Source: the human T2T-CHM13v2.0 reference genome, Homo sapiens. Taken from it: 64,000 bases of DNA. The notes under the pieces were generated by a model. The model did not search any database. It was not told the DNA's origin and saw nothing but the letters and a program-made list of their open reading frames with translations. The position numbers and the translations under genes were made by a program. How positions within the stretch are numbered: position 1 is the first letter of the stretch; each line of letters opens with the position of its first letter. The stretch lies in the NCBI RefSeq assembly GCF_009914755.1, contig NC_060925.1; one strand, given 5' to 3'. Below are positions 44,691 to 56,392 of the stretch, piece by piece.

Positions 44691-47600
44691 AAATTACAAG
44701 TAATTTTCTTAAATGTGGACATAGAATAAGAAAGTAAATAATATATAGTATATTAAATAACAGTACAAATTCTGTCATGGATGTCTTTAAATGGACCAGG
44801 CAATTTGAATTTCCAAAGATCTGCTATAGAGTTACTTACTACATAATCTATCAAAGTTCCCTAGAAGAAACACCGTTGAAGGATTCTTTCCTCAAGGCTA
44901 GTTCCTTCAGACTGGAAAGCAATAATTATCCAGAGAGAAGCTGAAAACAAACATGCCAGTGCACAGCATGAACAAAGATTATGTTCTCTGACTCATAAGG
45001 TAGAAAAGCAATGAGCAACGTGGTGTTGTACAATGAGAAGCTGTCATTTTTATTTTGCTGCCACAGATGGCAGCAGAACGATAACTATTCTGCCATTTCA
45101 CTACGAGATTTGCCTCATACTGTCCAGATTGTTTCTCCTCTGGCTCATCTTCTAGAATATTTACTTGCCTATAAACTGATGAATATAGAATGTAGATGCT
45201 CAGAAAAGGGGCCTCAGCTGCCAAGAGATAAAATCATTCCAAGGTTGAATACAGAGGCCAATGCAGAACCTGAGCTGATGCACGTAAGAAGATGCAAAAA
45301 GAAAATTGGAAGAGACGGCTCTACAACCAATGACCAGTTTCTGACCAGGTTTATGGCATGCAGATAACCAACACTGTTTAAACTAAGGCAAAGGCGCATG
45401 TGGTGCCAAATTCCAAAAAGACATTTCCCCTCAATGGTACCTACATACAGTGAGCCGATCCACGACTCCATGTATTGGTACATGCTATTTTCTCTACTTC
45501 CAAAACCCTTCTATCTGACAAACTCTTACTCCCTGCCCCTCAAATCTCTTTCAAATATCACATCTCCTATAAATGTTTCCCTCACCACTCTCCACCCTGA
45601 GTATTCCAGTGAACTCTGATTACTGTGTTTCTAGTCCTTGTTTTCAGGTATTTCAACTATCGACTGTTCTTTTGCTGTTTTTTTCAGTCTTAACGTATCT
45701 TGAGGGAAGTTTCTGTCCTTCTTTATAATCCAGAACAGTGTCTGGCCCATTTTTTGACTCAGTGCTCACATCACTATAGTTGAATTAAATGAGGGAATTT
45801 ATGTCTAAATTGTCCTAAATGTCAATGAATGCCTGAAACATTAACAGAATAAATGCAGATTAAATGTAAATTAAGGCCCAATTAAGACTAGACAGTACCA
45901 AAGCAACTGTTCCCTACATAGAAGAGCTGGGTCATCACCCATCTGGTGACTAGAAGAGCATGTCATGAAATGTGACCTCAAACACAGACCACACAGGCCC
46001 CCTTTCTACATGCAGTTCTGTGGCCAAGCCACTTGATAAACAAAAGATGTCTCAGATCTCTGATTTTTTTTCACATCTTTTCAAAGATATTCTGCATTAA
46101 AATATATTTGAACATCCCTGTTTCTATGAAAGCTCTTGGTGAATGAGCTGATTTGCCTTGGGGGGAAAGCATCATTTGATGGATAATATCATCCTTGTGA
46201 ATTTCCCCAAGGAAGTTTAGCAGGTCATGATAACCGGAAGCTATATTATTTAATCCGGCACGCAGCATACATGATTTAAACAGACAAAAAACCTCTTACT
46301 TGGTTGAGAAAAGAAAATTTAGTTTGGGTTCAGAAAGTGACAAAAACTACAGACTTCATGACAATTGGCAGAAAGAGAAAACTAAGTCAGAACACTACAC
46401 AACTCAATTCAGTATTGCCCATGGTAAGCTTCTTCCATTAAAATTATAAGCAGCATAAACTAGAATTTATTGCATTGCAAAATACAAAATGCCAGAAATG
46501 GTACATGAAAGGTCATTTTTCTTCACAAGTCTTTTCCAGGTGCTATACAAGATTCGGGGAAGAGTTTTTGATGTAAGGTTTTTACCCACATTCAGGAAAG
46601 TCATTCTTTTCATTGTTGTTTTAGAAATGCCATACAGCTTTTCTCATTTTCTACCAATTCTATGCTCTCCTTCCAAAATGATTTCCCCTCCCTTTTTCCT
46701 AAGTAGCTCTTCTATTCTTACGAGGTTCTTCTTAATTCCTGTTACTTTTTTCACAAATCTAAAACAAAATAATTTAAATTAGTTTGTGTTAATAATAAAT
46801 ATAGCAGTAAAGGCAGGAATAGGAATAGACTTATAATAATAAAAGAGTCCATGTAGTGTCAGAGATTCATCTTGTGATCTTATGTTTATGGCCAATTACA
46901 GTGATATGAATGGATCATTTAGATGACTACAATCTGGATCAACTGTGTTATGGACTAGTTATTAGGGTGGAAGTGATCCATCTTTTCTATTGACAATAGA
47001 ATGGCTACGCATATATATGATCATTGATAGCCAATTTAAACCTTGTTATTTAGAAGGCCTAGTCCTGCCCTTTTTAGACTACAGTTCTGAAACAATTGCT
47101 AAAATATTGAGAAGTAGCTACACAAACTTCAGTATCACATTTAAATAGAATGATGTTGCTGCAATAGGTCATTTAGCACTGCAAGCTGTGAGGAAAGCAT
47201 CTCTGTGCTGATTACATTAAACATCACGTCTTCCATCTGGCGGACAGGTTGAATGAGCCATTTCTTAACAGGTAAATCAGGCTAGAATGAACAAGGGCAG
47301 CACTGAAAATGGGATATCAGGCATTAAGTACCTGTGTTTCTATTTCCCTCCTCAATCCTAAGCTCTTATGCATTGCAAAAGCTGCTCATCAGTTCTAGCA
47401 TTTTCTAGTTTTCCTCTTCCCCTTTCCTATACAAAGGATCTTATTCCTTCTCAACAATGCTTCAGGCAGCTATTATCAATTAACTAGAGTTTGCTTTGTT
47501 ATCACTTATTTACAGGGAAATAACATAAATATTATGCATAAAGTCGTTTTCAAGCACCACTTGCTTCCTTCAATCCAGCTATCTGCTCCTGAGGTAGACA

Positions 47601-48551
47601 ATGAGGTCCTTTCTACTTTCAAACTGCGCAGGTCTGAATTATGCTAGATAAAAGTTCTTTCTAGCTTTGCACCTATCTCTTGGAATAGTGAATTAATTGT
47701 AGCTATTGATGATGATAATGATAATGATGATGATGTTTGGAGATGACCAATTCCATGGACATATATTAGGGCAGGAGTGAGAGAGGCCTTATTCCTAAGA
47801 GGAACATATCCATGACTCATAGGATCCAAGGAGTCAACGCATCCTAAGAGGAAAGCCTAGAAATAGAAAAGCATTTTTAGCTCAGTACAGTGCCATGCAA
47901 AATTAGTTCTAGAAATGGGTCAAAAAGAAACCAAGTACCTCTGCAAATATTGTACATTTACCATTCCAGGATACCAGAGATTTTCATTTGAATCTGTTTT
48001 GTCAGGCAACAGATCCCTGTTCTGTTCTATAGAACCCTTTCTCTTTTATCCAATATTGGTTTTCAGCCATTAACTCACTTTCCAAAATCACTTCTGTAAG
48101 AGAAATGGATTTCATACAGATGAATTATGGCTTAAAAATATTTTTAAGTATTGAATCTAAGATGGAAGCAATCCCACTTCATGTGAGCTTTCTTACTTTA
48201 TTAGGGGAAGGTAAAAATATCCAGCAAATATTTATAGGTATTTACCACGTGCCCAGCACTAAGTACTAAGGGATGGTAGTGAGCAAGAAGAACCAATTTC
48301 TGCCCTCACAGAGCTGAGCATTACTAATGAAAGTTGTCAGAGCTCTCCCTGCTTCATGTTATAGATTACCTCAAACTGACAATGTTTCAAATCTTTAGAA
48401 AGAAAGGAAATAAAGTGTATCCATCCCATTTTGCAGAGAAGACATTTGAGATTGAGAATACAGTATTAAAAGATTTTTCCTGAGCCACAGAAAGAGTGGC
48501 AAGTCTAAATCAAACTCTCGACTCTCTCACTTGAGCTACATTGTATTTTCT

Positions 48552-48844
48552 TTTTTTCTTTTTTTTTTGAGACAGAGTCTCACTCTGTCGCCCAGGCTGG
48601 AGATAAGTGGCGCGATCCGGCTCACTGCAAGCTCCGCCTCCCCGGGTCATTCTCCTGCCTCAGCCTCCCGAGTAGCTGGGACTACAGGCGTCCGCCATCA
48701 CACCCGGCAAATTTTTTTGTATTTTTAGTAGAGACGGGGTTTCACCGTATTAGCCAGGATGGTCTCGATCTCCTGACCTTGTGATCCGCCCGCTTTGGCC
48801 TCCCAAGTGTTGGAATTACAGGCGTGAGCCACCGCGCCCTGCCC
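48552..48844 (-). mobile_element. AluY
   Basis: CpG-rich with AluY diagnostics; 17-bp TSD GC(T/C)ACATTGTATTTTCT at 48535-48551 and 48845-48861. Confidence 0.92.
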
Positions 48845-49086
48845 GCCACATTGTATTTTCTATGTCTTCTGAATAGTCTCTATATCCAGCTTTGTTCTGG
48901 TCTACAAGAATATTCAACTCTATACATACTGACTTCATTCTGTAACCTGGAATACTATTTCAATGGACCTAAGAGAGGTCTCTCAGTATTTTCTAAGATT
49001 TTGGCTTAAGTAAGAACTAGTGTTTCCAAGGAAATAAAACCAACTCTATAGGAGATAATTTTTCCCAGACAAAAGTACTGGTACTT

Positions 49087-49580
49087 CACCCATGTTCATT
49101 GTGGCCTTATTTACAAGAGTCAAAAGGCAGAAGCAACCTAAAGGTCAATTGACAGATGAATGGATAATACATTTAGAAAATATGATACACAGGTACAAAA
49201 GAGTATTATTATTCTGTTTTTACAAATTAGGGAATTCTGATACATGCCACAACATAGATGAATCTTGAAGACATTATGTTAATTGAAATAAGCAGTCACA
49301 AAAAGACAAATACTGTATGATTCCATTTATTATGAGGTACCTAGGAAAGTCAAATTTATAGAAACAGAAAGAATGGCAGTTGCCAGGGGCTGGGAGTAGG
49401 AAGAAATGGACAGTTGTTGTTCAGTGGGTATAAAGTTTCAGTTTTGCAAGATGAAAAAGTTCCAGAGATCGGCCGCACAACAATGTGAAAACAGTTAACA
49501 CTACTGAACTATATACTTAAAACCCGTTAAGGTGATAAATTTTGTGTTATACGTATTTTACAACAGTTAAACAAAAGCCA
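49087..49580 (+). mobile_element. 5'-truncated L1MB3-like 3' end
   Basis: 'catagatgaatcttgaagacattatg', 'gacaaatactgtatgattccattt', 'ttttgcaagatgaaaaagttc'; TSD at 49071-49086 / 49581-49596. Confidence 0.85.
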
Positions 49581-49598
49581 AAAAATATTGGTACTTAC

Positions 49599-49603
49599 CT
49601 CAT
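49599..49603 (-). CDS. EXTL2: EXTL2 start codon (ATG AG) at the end of exon 49599-49674
   Basis: acacaATGAG|gtaagt; acceptor ttaatag at 49675. 5+428+71+489 = 993 nt = 330 aa + stop (MRCCHICK...). Confidence 0.9.
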
Positions 49604-49908
49604 TGTGTTGAAGTTTAATTTTTAAAAAATCTCCTTATAGCTTCAGTAATTGACAGAAGCAGGCTCACTTGTCACTATTAAGATAAATCAAAGAATTTTC
49701 TGTGATGTTTCTGTCAGTCAGCAGGAAATTTAAAAACAAAACAAAAAATGGTGCTTTCAATGCCATTGTCCATAAGCCTTGAGTTACTTTAGAAATTAAA
49801 ATTTGTTATTCTGTCTTCTAAAAATTATATTTAGGCAATGAGGTAGATGATTAATGACTTCCAGTGAGGTTGGTGCTATATTTTGGTTTTCATCTTTCTA
49901 TTGAGGGT

Positions 49909-50270
49909 TGTATTAGTCTGTTTTCACACTGCTATAAAGAAATACCCCAGACTGGGTAATTTATAAAGGAAAGAGGTTTAATTGACTCATAGTTCCACAT
50001 GGCTAGGGAGGCCTCTTATGACCATCACGGAAGATGAAGCAGGCACCTTCTTTACAAGGGGGCAGGAGAGAGTGAGTAAGCACAGGAAAAACTGCCACTT
50101 TTATAACCATCAGATCTTGTGAGAACTCACTCACTATCACAAGAACAGCATGGGAGAAACTGTCCCCATGATCTAATCACCTCCCACTGGGTCCATCCCA
50201 CAACAAGTGGGGATTATGGGGATTACAATTCAAAATGAGATTTGGGTGGGGACACAGCCAAACCATATCA
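49909..50270 (-). mobile_element. THE1 (C/D-like) 3' LTR
   Basis: 'tgtattagtctgttttcacactgctataaag ... gggacacagccaaaccatatca'. Confidence 0.92.
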
Positions 50271-51775
50271 TTCTACCCCGGCCCCTCCTAAATTTCATTT
50301 CAAAACACAATCATGCCTTCCCAACAGTCCCCCAAAGTCTTAACTCATTCCAGCATTAACCCAAAAGCCCAAGTCCAAAGTCTCTTCCAAGGCAAGGCAA
50401 GTCCCTTCTGCTTAGGAGCCTGTAAAATCAAAAGCAAGTTAGTTCCTTCAAAGATATAGTGGGGATATAGGCATTGGAAAAATGCTCCCATTCCAAATGG
50501 GAGAAATAGGCCAAAAAAAAGGGGCCACAGGCCCCATGCAAGTCCGAAATCCAGTGGGGCGGTCATTAAATCTTAAGGTTCTTAAATAATCTCCTTTGAC
50601 TCTGTGTCTCACATCTAGAACATGTTGATGCAAGAGGTGGGCTCTCAGAGTCTTGGGAAGCTGTACTCCTGTGGCTTTTCAGGGTACAGTCCCCCTCCTG
50701 GCTGCTTTCATAGGCTGGCGTTTGAGTGTCTGTGGCTTTTCCAGGCGCACAGTACAAGCTGTCTGTGGATTTACCATTCTGGGGTCTGGAAGATGGTGGC
50801 CCTGTTCTTACAGCTCCACTAGGCAATGCTCCAGTGGCGACTTTGTGTGGGGACTCCAACCCCACTTCTCCCTTCCACACTGCCCTAGCAGAGGTTCTCC
50901 ATGAGGGCTCCACCCCTGCAGCAAACTTCTGCCTGGACATCCAGGCATTTCCATACATCCTCTGAAATGTAGACAGAGGTTCCTAAACCTTAATTCTTGA
51001 CTTCTGTGCACCCATAGGCTCAACACCATGTATAAGCTGCCAAGGCTTGGGGCTTGCATCCTCTGAAACAATGTCCTGAGCTGTATGTTGGCCCCTTTTA
51101 GCCATGGCTGAGATGCAGGGCACCAAGTCCCAAGGCTGCACAGAGTAGGAGTAGGGTCCTGGGCCCAGCCCATGAAACCATTTTTCCCTCCTACACCTCT
51201 GGGCCTGTGATGGGAGAAGCTGCTGTGAAGGTCTCTGACATGCCCTGGAGATATTTTCCCCTTTGTCTTGGTGATTAACATTAGGCTCCTTGTTACTTAT
51301 GCAAATTCCTGCAGCTGGTTTGAATTCCACCCCAGAAAATGGGTTTTTCTTTTCTACCATATAGTCAGGCTGCAAATTTTCCTGACTTTTATGCTCTGCT
51401 TCCCTTTTAAACACAAGTTCCAAATTCAGATCATCTCTCTCAGGTTCAAAGTTCCACAGATCTCTAGGGCAGGAGCAAAATGCCACCAGCCTCTTTGCTA
51501 AAGTATAGCAAGAGTGACCTTTGCTGCAGTTCCCAATAAGTTCCTCATCTCCATCTGAGACCACATCAGCCTGGACTTCATTGTCCATATCACTATCAGC
51601 ATTTTGGTCAAAACCATTCAACAAGTCTCTAGGAAGTTCCAAACTTTCCTACATCTTCCTGTCTTCTGAGCTCTCCAAACTTTTCCATCCTCTACCCATT
51701 ACCCAGTTCCAAAGTCTCTTCCATATTTTTGGATATTTTTATACCAATGCCCTACTCTCTGCAGTACCAATTTAC
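50271..51775 (-). mobile_element. THE1 internal region (5' LTR missing)
   Basis: Polypurine tract next to the LTR; MaLR-internal ORF remnant 50983-51642 (ELPRDLLNGFDQNADSDMDNEVQA...); ends at 'gtaccaatttac'. Confidence 0.9.
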
Positions 51776-52924
51776 TTCACCAGGTAAAAAACTATGACCT
51801 GCTGAGGTGCTTGCTGAAAGCAAAGGGAATACAGAATGGGTAGTAGAAGAAGGTAGTGATCAATACCAGCTATGACCACATAAGCAGTTGCAGAAATTAG
51901 GACTGTAATTGTCATGAGTTTTCCTCCTTATTTTGTTAAGAATATGTTTATGCATGTATACACTTGTACTAAGAATAAAGAATATATCTATATTTCCCCT
52001 CTTTTTCCTGTATCCTGTGACATTTATTGACATCATATCAGCATTTAAGTGTTGTTAACTTTATGTAATGGCATTTAGGTTAAGGATTAGTATGCTTCTG
52101 GTTGTATAAAGGATAGCTGTATTGTTAGGCATAATTATGACCGTATTATTGTTTTTATGTAAGCATGCAATGGGTTCACCTTGCCTGCTACCTAGACCGA
52201 ACGAATTTATCAAGACAGGGGAATTGCAAAAAAGAAAGAGTAATCTATGCAGAGCTGGTTGTGCGGGAGACCAGAGTTTTAGTGTTACTCAAATCAGCCT
52301 CCTGGAAAACTCAGGGATCAGAGTTTTTAAGGATAATCTGTTGGGTAAGGGGCCAGTGAGTTGGGAGTGCTGATTGGTTGGCTTGTGGATGAAATCTTAG
52401 GGAGTCAAAACTGTCCTTTTATGCTGACTCAGCTCCAGGGTGGGGGCCACAGAACTGGTTGGCAGGTCCAGGTGGGGCCATCCAGTTATCAGAAATGCAA
52501 AAACCTGAAAAGACATCTCAAAAGGCCAATCTTAGTTTCACAATAGTGATGTTATCTTCAAGAGTAACTGGAAAAGTTGCAAATCTTATGACCTCTGGAA
52601 TAATGGCTGGTAATATTTAGAATTCCAGCCCCTCTCATCCTAACTTGGTGCCTGGTGGCCTTTCAATCATTTTACAACAACAGTTTAGCTTTTGGGAAGG
52701 GCTATTATTTAAACTATAAACTAAATTCCTTCCCAAGGCTAGTTTGGCTTACATTCAGGAATGGACGTTTAGAGGTTAGAAGCAAGACGGAGTTGGTTAG
52801 GTCTGATATCTTTCACTGTCATAATTTCCTCAGTTATAATTTTTGCAAAGGCAGTTTCATTTATTTGGAGATTAGGTATGATTTCAAGAAATGTGTATGG
52901 GTTCAAGTTGACAAGGGATGGACT
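51776..52924 (+). mobile_element. HERV-L internal 3' fragment, interrupted by LTR8
   Basis: 'ccaggtaaaaaac..gacctgctgaggtgcttgctgaa.gcaaagggaatacagaatgggtagt'; PPT 'aagggatggact' just before the MLT2 LTR. Confidence 0.85.
52158..52859 (-). mobile_element. Solo LTR8/LTR8A (ERV1)
   Basis: - strand begins TGAAACTGCCTTTGCAAAAATTATAACTGAG and ends GGTGAACCCATTGCATGCTTACA; perfect 4-bp TSD TTTA (52154-52157 / 52860-52863). Confidence 0.88.
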
Positions 52925-53504
52925 TGTGAAGGTTAATATTGTCAACTTGATTGAATTAAAAGATGCAAAGTATTGTTTCTAGGTGTATTTGGGTGTTTCT
53001 GGGTGTTGCCAGCAGAGATTAACATTTGAGTCAGTGGACTAGGACAGGAAGACCCACTCTCAGGAAGACCCACTCACAATGTGGGTGGGCACCATCCAAT
53101 TGGCTGCCAGCATGGCTACGAAAAGCAGGCAGAAGGTGGGAGAAGCTGACTTGCTGAGTATTTGGGCTTCATCTTTCTCCTGTACTGGATGCTTCTTGCC
53201 CTCGAACATCAGGCTCCAAGTTCTTTGACTGTTAGACTCTTAGACTTACACCAGTGGTTTGTCAGGGGCTCTCAGGTCTTTGGCCACAGACTGAAGGCGG
53301 CAGTGTCGGCTTCCCTACCTTTGAGGTTTTGGGACTCTGATTGAGCCACTACTGGCTTTGTTGCTCCTCAACTTGCAGATGGCCTATTGTAGGACTTCAC
53401 ATTGTGATTGTTTGAGTCAGTTCTTTTTAATAAACTCATTTTCATATACGCATCTATCCTACCAGAACTATCCTAGTTCTGTCCCTCCAGAGAACCCTAA
53501 TATA
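52925..53504 (+). mobile_element. MLT2A2-like HERV-L 3' LTR
   Basis: 'tgtgaaggttaatattgtcaacttgattg', duplicated 'caggaagacccactc', AATAAA at 53429-53434, end 'gagaaccctaatata'. Confidence 0.87.
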
Positions 53505-54334
53505 AGGATCCAGAAGCAAAATAAATGCACACGATCCCAACTATCTAATGTTACACATTTGAAACCAGAGGATGTATGCCATGGAGCAAAACATTTGAAC
53601 ATGTCAGCAATTTGCACTTGTATCCAGTTTCTAGATTTATATGAATTTGTATTCTTATGTACCTTTACAACTCCTTTTTTAACCAGCAGTTCCCAGGGCG
53701 CTCAATTTGAAGCATCTAAAAGGGTCAAACAGGGTTGCAGATAAATGCCAGGGTTGATTACTGAGGAATGACAGATAGCATCTTTCCTATTCCTTGCTGA
53801 CCATTGCCCAAAAGGAGCTGAAACCATGACTGAAATGAGCTTCTGCCCCTTAATTCTCTCTGCTTTCATTTCTCAGAATCCTCAGTCACACGTCTGAGCA
53901 GCTGGGGTTTTTCCACCCATAGAGTCTGCATAGCTAACCTAATGCAATTAGTTGGTAGGAGAGATATAAAAACATATTTAAAAGTTCAGGGTAGAAATCC
54001 ATTTTTTAGTTTAAAAATGTTCAATAGTATATGTATTTTATGATCTTATAAACCGATTTAATCTTGTAACATACAAAGGAATTAAGAATTCTGATTGGTG
54101 ACTTGCAAGATACCATTTGAACAGAGTTGAAGAATCATTTTTGATTTTCCAATACGACATATTGAAAGGGCAAAAGGAATGGCTTAGTATTTATGGAAAG
54201 ACTTACTGAGTGACAGCTGTCCCTTCACACTGCTCCAAGGGCATCCCTTGTGTAAATTTTAAACATCACAGAGTTCTAAAAGACGAGACTGATTTGCCTG
54301 TCACAACCCCCCCCTTTCTTCATAACTACTCTTT

Positions 54335-54455
54335 TCCATAAAATTCCTCCAGGGAAGGAACTTTTTATTTATCTGGCTTTGTATCCCCAGCACCCAGCAC
54401 AGAGCCTGGCACATAGAAGACATTCATTAAATGACTGTTGAATGAATGAAAGAAA
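54335..54455 (+). mobile_element. L2 3' end
   Basis: 'tgtatccccagcacccagcacagagcctggcacatag..tgttgaatgaatgaa'. Confidence 0.85.
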
Positions 54456-55478
54456 CAAATTTGATATGACAACAAAGATAGGTTAACATATATGGGACAA
54501 ACATTATTTGACAATGACAAAAGAAGTGAGGCACAGCCTGACGTTTTTCACTCATAGAACTTTTCCTGATTTAAATAGTGTCCACCTACACTTTTATATT
54601 GCAAATAAAATGCCTTTAGTTTTAAATTTGGTCATTATGCTCTTTAAGACTGAAAGATGTGAAGACATCACCATCACTTTTTGAAAGGAGAAGGTCCTCA
54701 TGGGAATACCTATCATATATCTTGGGGGATGGGGAGTGGGGGAATTTGGGAGTCTCTGGAAACTGATGTAACTGAAATTAAACTTCAATTTCTCGTACCC
54801 ATTTCAAAACTATTTGAAAAGAGGTAATGTAGGTTTCTCCATAAACCACTTAAGCGATTTCTGATTTGTAGCAATACAGTATAAAATATAGGACTTATTT
54901 TCAAAGGCAGAATACAAAAAAGTTCAAAATGCAGCTGACCTTGATGAGTTAGGATTATGCTGGAAATCAGTTGCTGAAATTTAATTATTTCTATTACTTC
55001 TCCCGCCTTCTCCCAAGTTAAATCATATTGAATAAGGGCGTTTTGGAGAAAAATCCAATTACCATAGAATTATTTATCTTTAAACTATCTAGTTTGCACC
55101 CAATTAATTTTTCCTCAGCAGTGCAGTAGAGTAAAATTCAAGGTCTACTGCTAATACAAAAACTTCCTTCCAAAAAAAGAGTAAATGCTACTAATTTTAA
55201 ATATTTCTACACTTAAATTAAAAGAATGAAATATACGCTAACAAAGGCAAATACAAAATACTCTTCCCAGAACTTACTTCTGAAACCTAGCTGTTTTTAC
55301 ACAGCAGTTTTAATTAACATTTTTCAAAATTGTAGAATAAGTACATATTTTCAAAAATAAAACCACCGAATACTCCATACACACACACAAAGTTCTCAGA
55401 ACGAGAGCAAAACATGCATATATCCTCACTACAAAAAGAAAAATACTAATACTGGAGCATTTTGCTGTGTCTCCTTAC

Positions 55479-55720
55479 CTCGAGTGCAGTAGATTGCAGT
55501 AGGGCCAGCCGATTTATTTCCCTGCAGCTTAGTTATCATAAAACGGAAGGGGCGTCTCGTTTGCTCATTTTTGTTTTTTTTTCTAAACCAAGTAGCGTGC
55601 ATCTATCCTTCTCCATTAGCTGGATTAACAACCTGGAAAAAGTGCCGCCCGCAAAGTGAGCGCCTGGAGCAAGGGACAGTCCCCGAGTGGCCGCCCCTCC
55701 CTTTCGGTGACGCTCCACTT
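55479..55720 (-). other. EXTL2: EXTL2 non-coding exon 1 (TSS approximate)
   Basis: Strong donor CTCGAG|gtaagg at 55479/55478 at the edge of the CpG-rich region. The 5' end cannot be fixed from sequence. Confidence 0.75.
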
Positions 55721-56242
55721 CCTGTCGGCCTAAAAGGCATTCCCAGGAAGCTCGGTTTTGTAGTTTCCAGCCCACCTCCGAAAGCCAATCCTTTCCTCCA
55801 TTTCTTCTCCAAGGTAACAACTTTTAAACATTCACGTGACGGACCACCTTCCCTCAGCCAAACAACTTCCCTGAAAGGCGCCCGAAGGAGCCTTCCCATC
55901 CACCGCGGGTGCCCAGGAAAGGCCTGTGGGGCTCTCCTCCCCGCGCTCCACACGCCCTCGCATCCCACCGAGGCGCCAGCTTCTGCCTGCACGTTGCTGA
56001 AACTGGCCTGGAGGTTCTGACAAGAATTAGAGCGGCGGCCGTTGCCCCGGGGATGACCTGGAAGCGAAAGAGACCGGCACGAATTCTAGAGTTTCGGGGT
56101 TTCCGCGGGTTGAGATTGTACGGGAAACAATGCATTAACCAAACCTAAAAATCAAACAAACACGTCTGGTAGAACCTACCATTAAAAAGCTTCTTTCCTA
56201 TACTACGTTTAACAGCCTTTATTTTGAAAGACATTGATTGAT

Positions 56243-56392
56243 GCCAGGCATGGTGGCGCACGCCTGAGGTCTCAGCTACTCCGGAGGCTGAGGAGGATCA
56301 CTTGCGTCCGGGAGTTCCAGGCTGTAGTGAGCCTCATTGTGCTCCAGCCTAGGTGACAGGGCGAGACCTTGTCTCTTAAAAAAATAAAGAAA
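56243..56392 (+). mobile_element. Alu monomer (FRAM/FAM-like) inside the promoter
   Basis: Single right-arm-type monomer with A-tail; TSD GAAAGACATTGATTG (56226-56240) / GAAAAACATTGATCG (56393-56407). Confidence 0.85.

Noticed and set aside
50983-51642. 219-aa ORF as a novel gene
   Set aside because: It is the usual MaLR/THE1 internal ORF remnant. It starts at TTG, and its own 5' LTR promoter is deleted.
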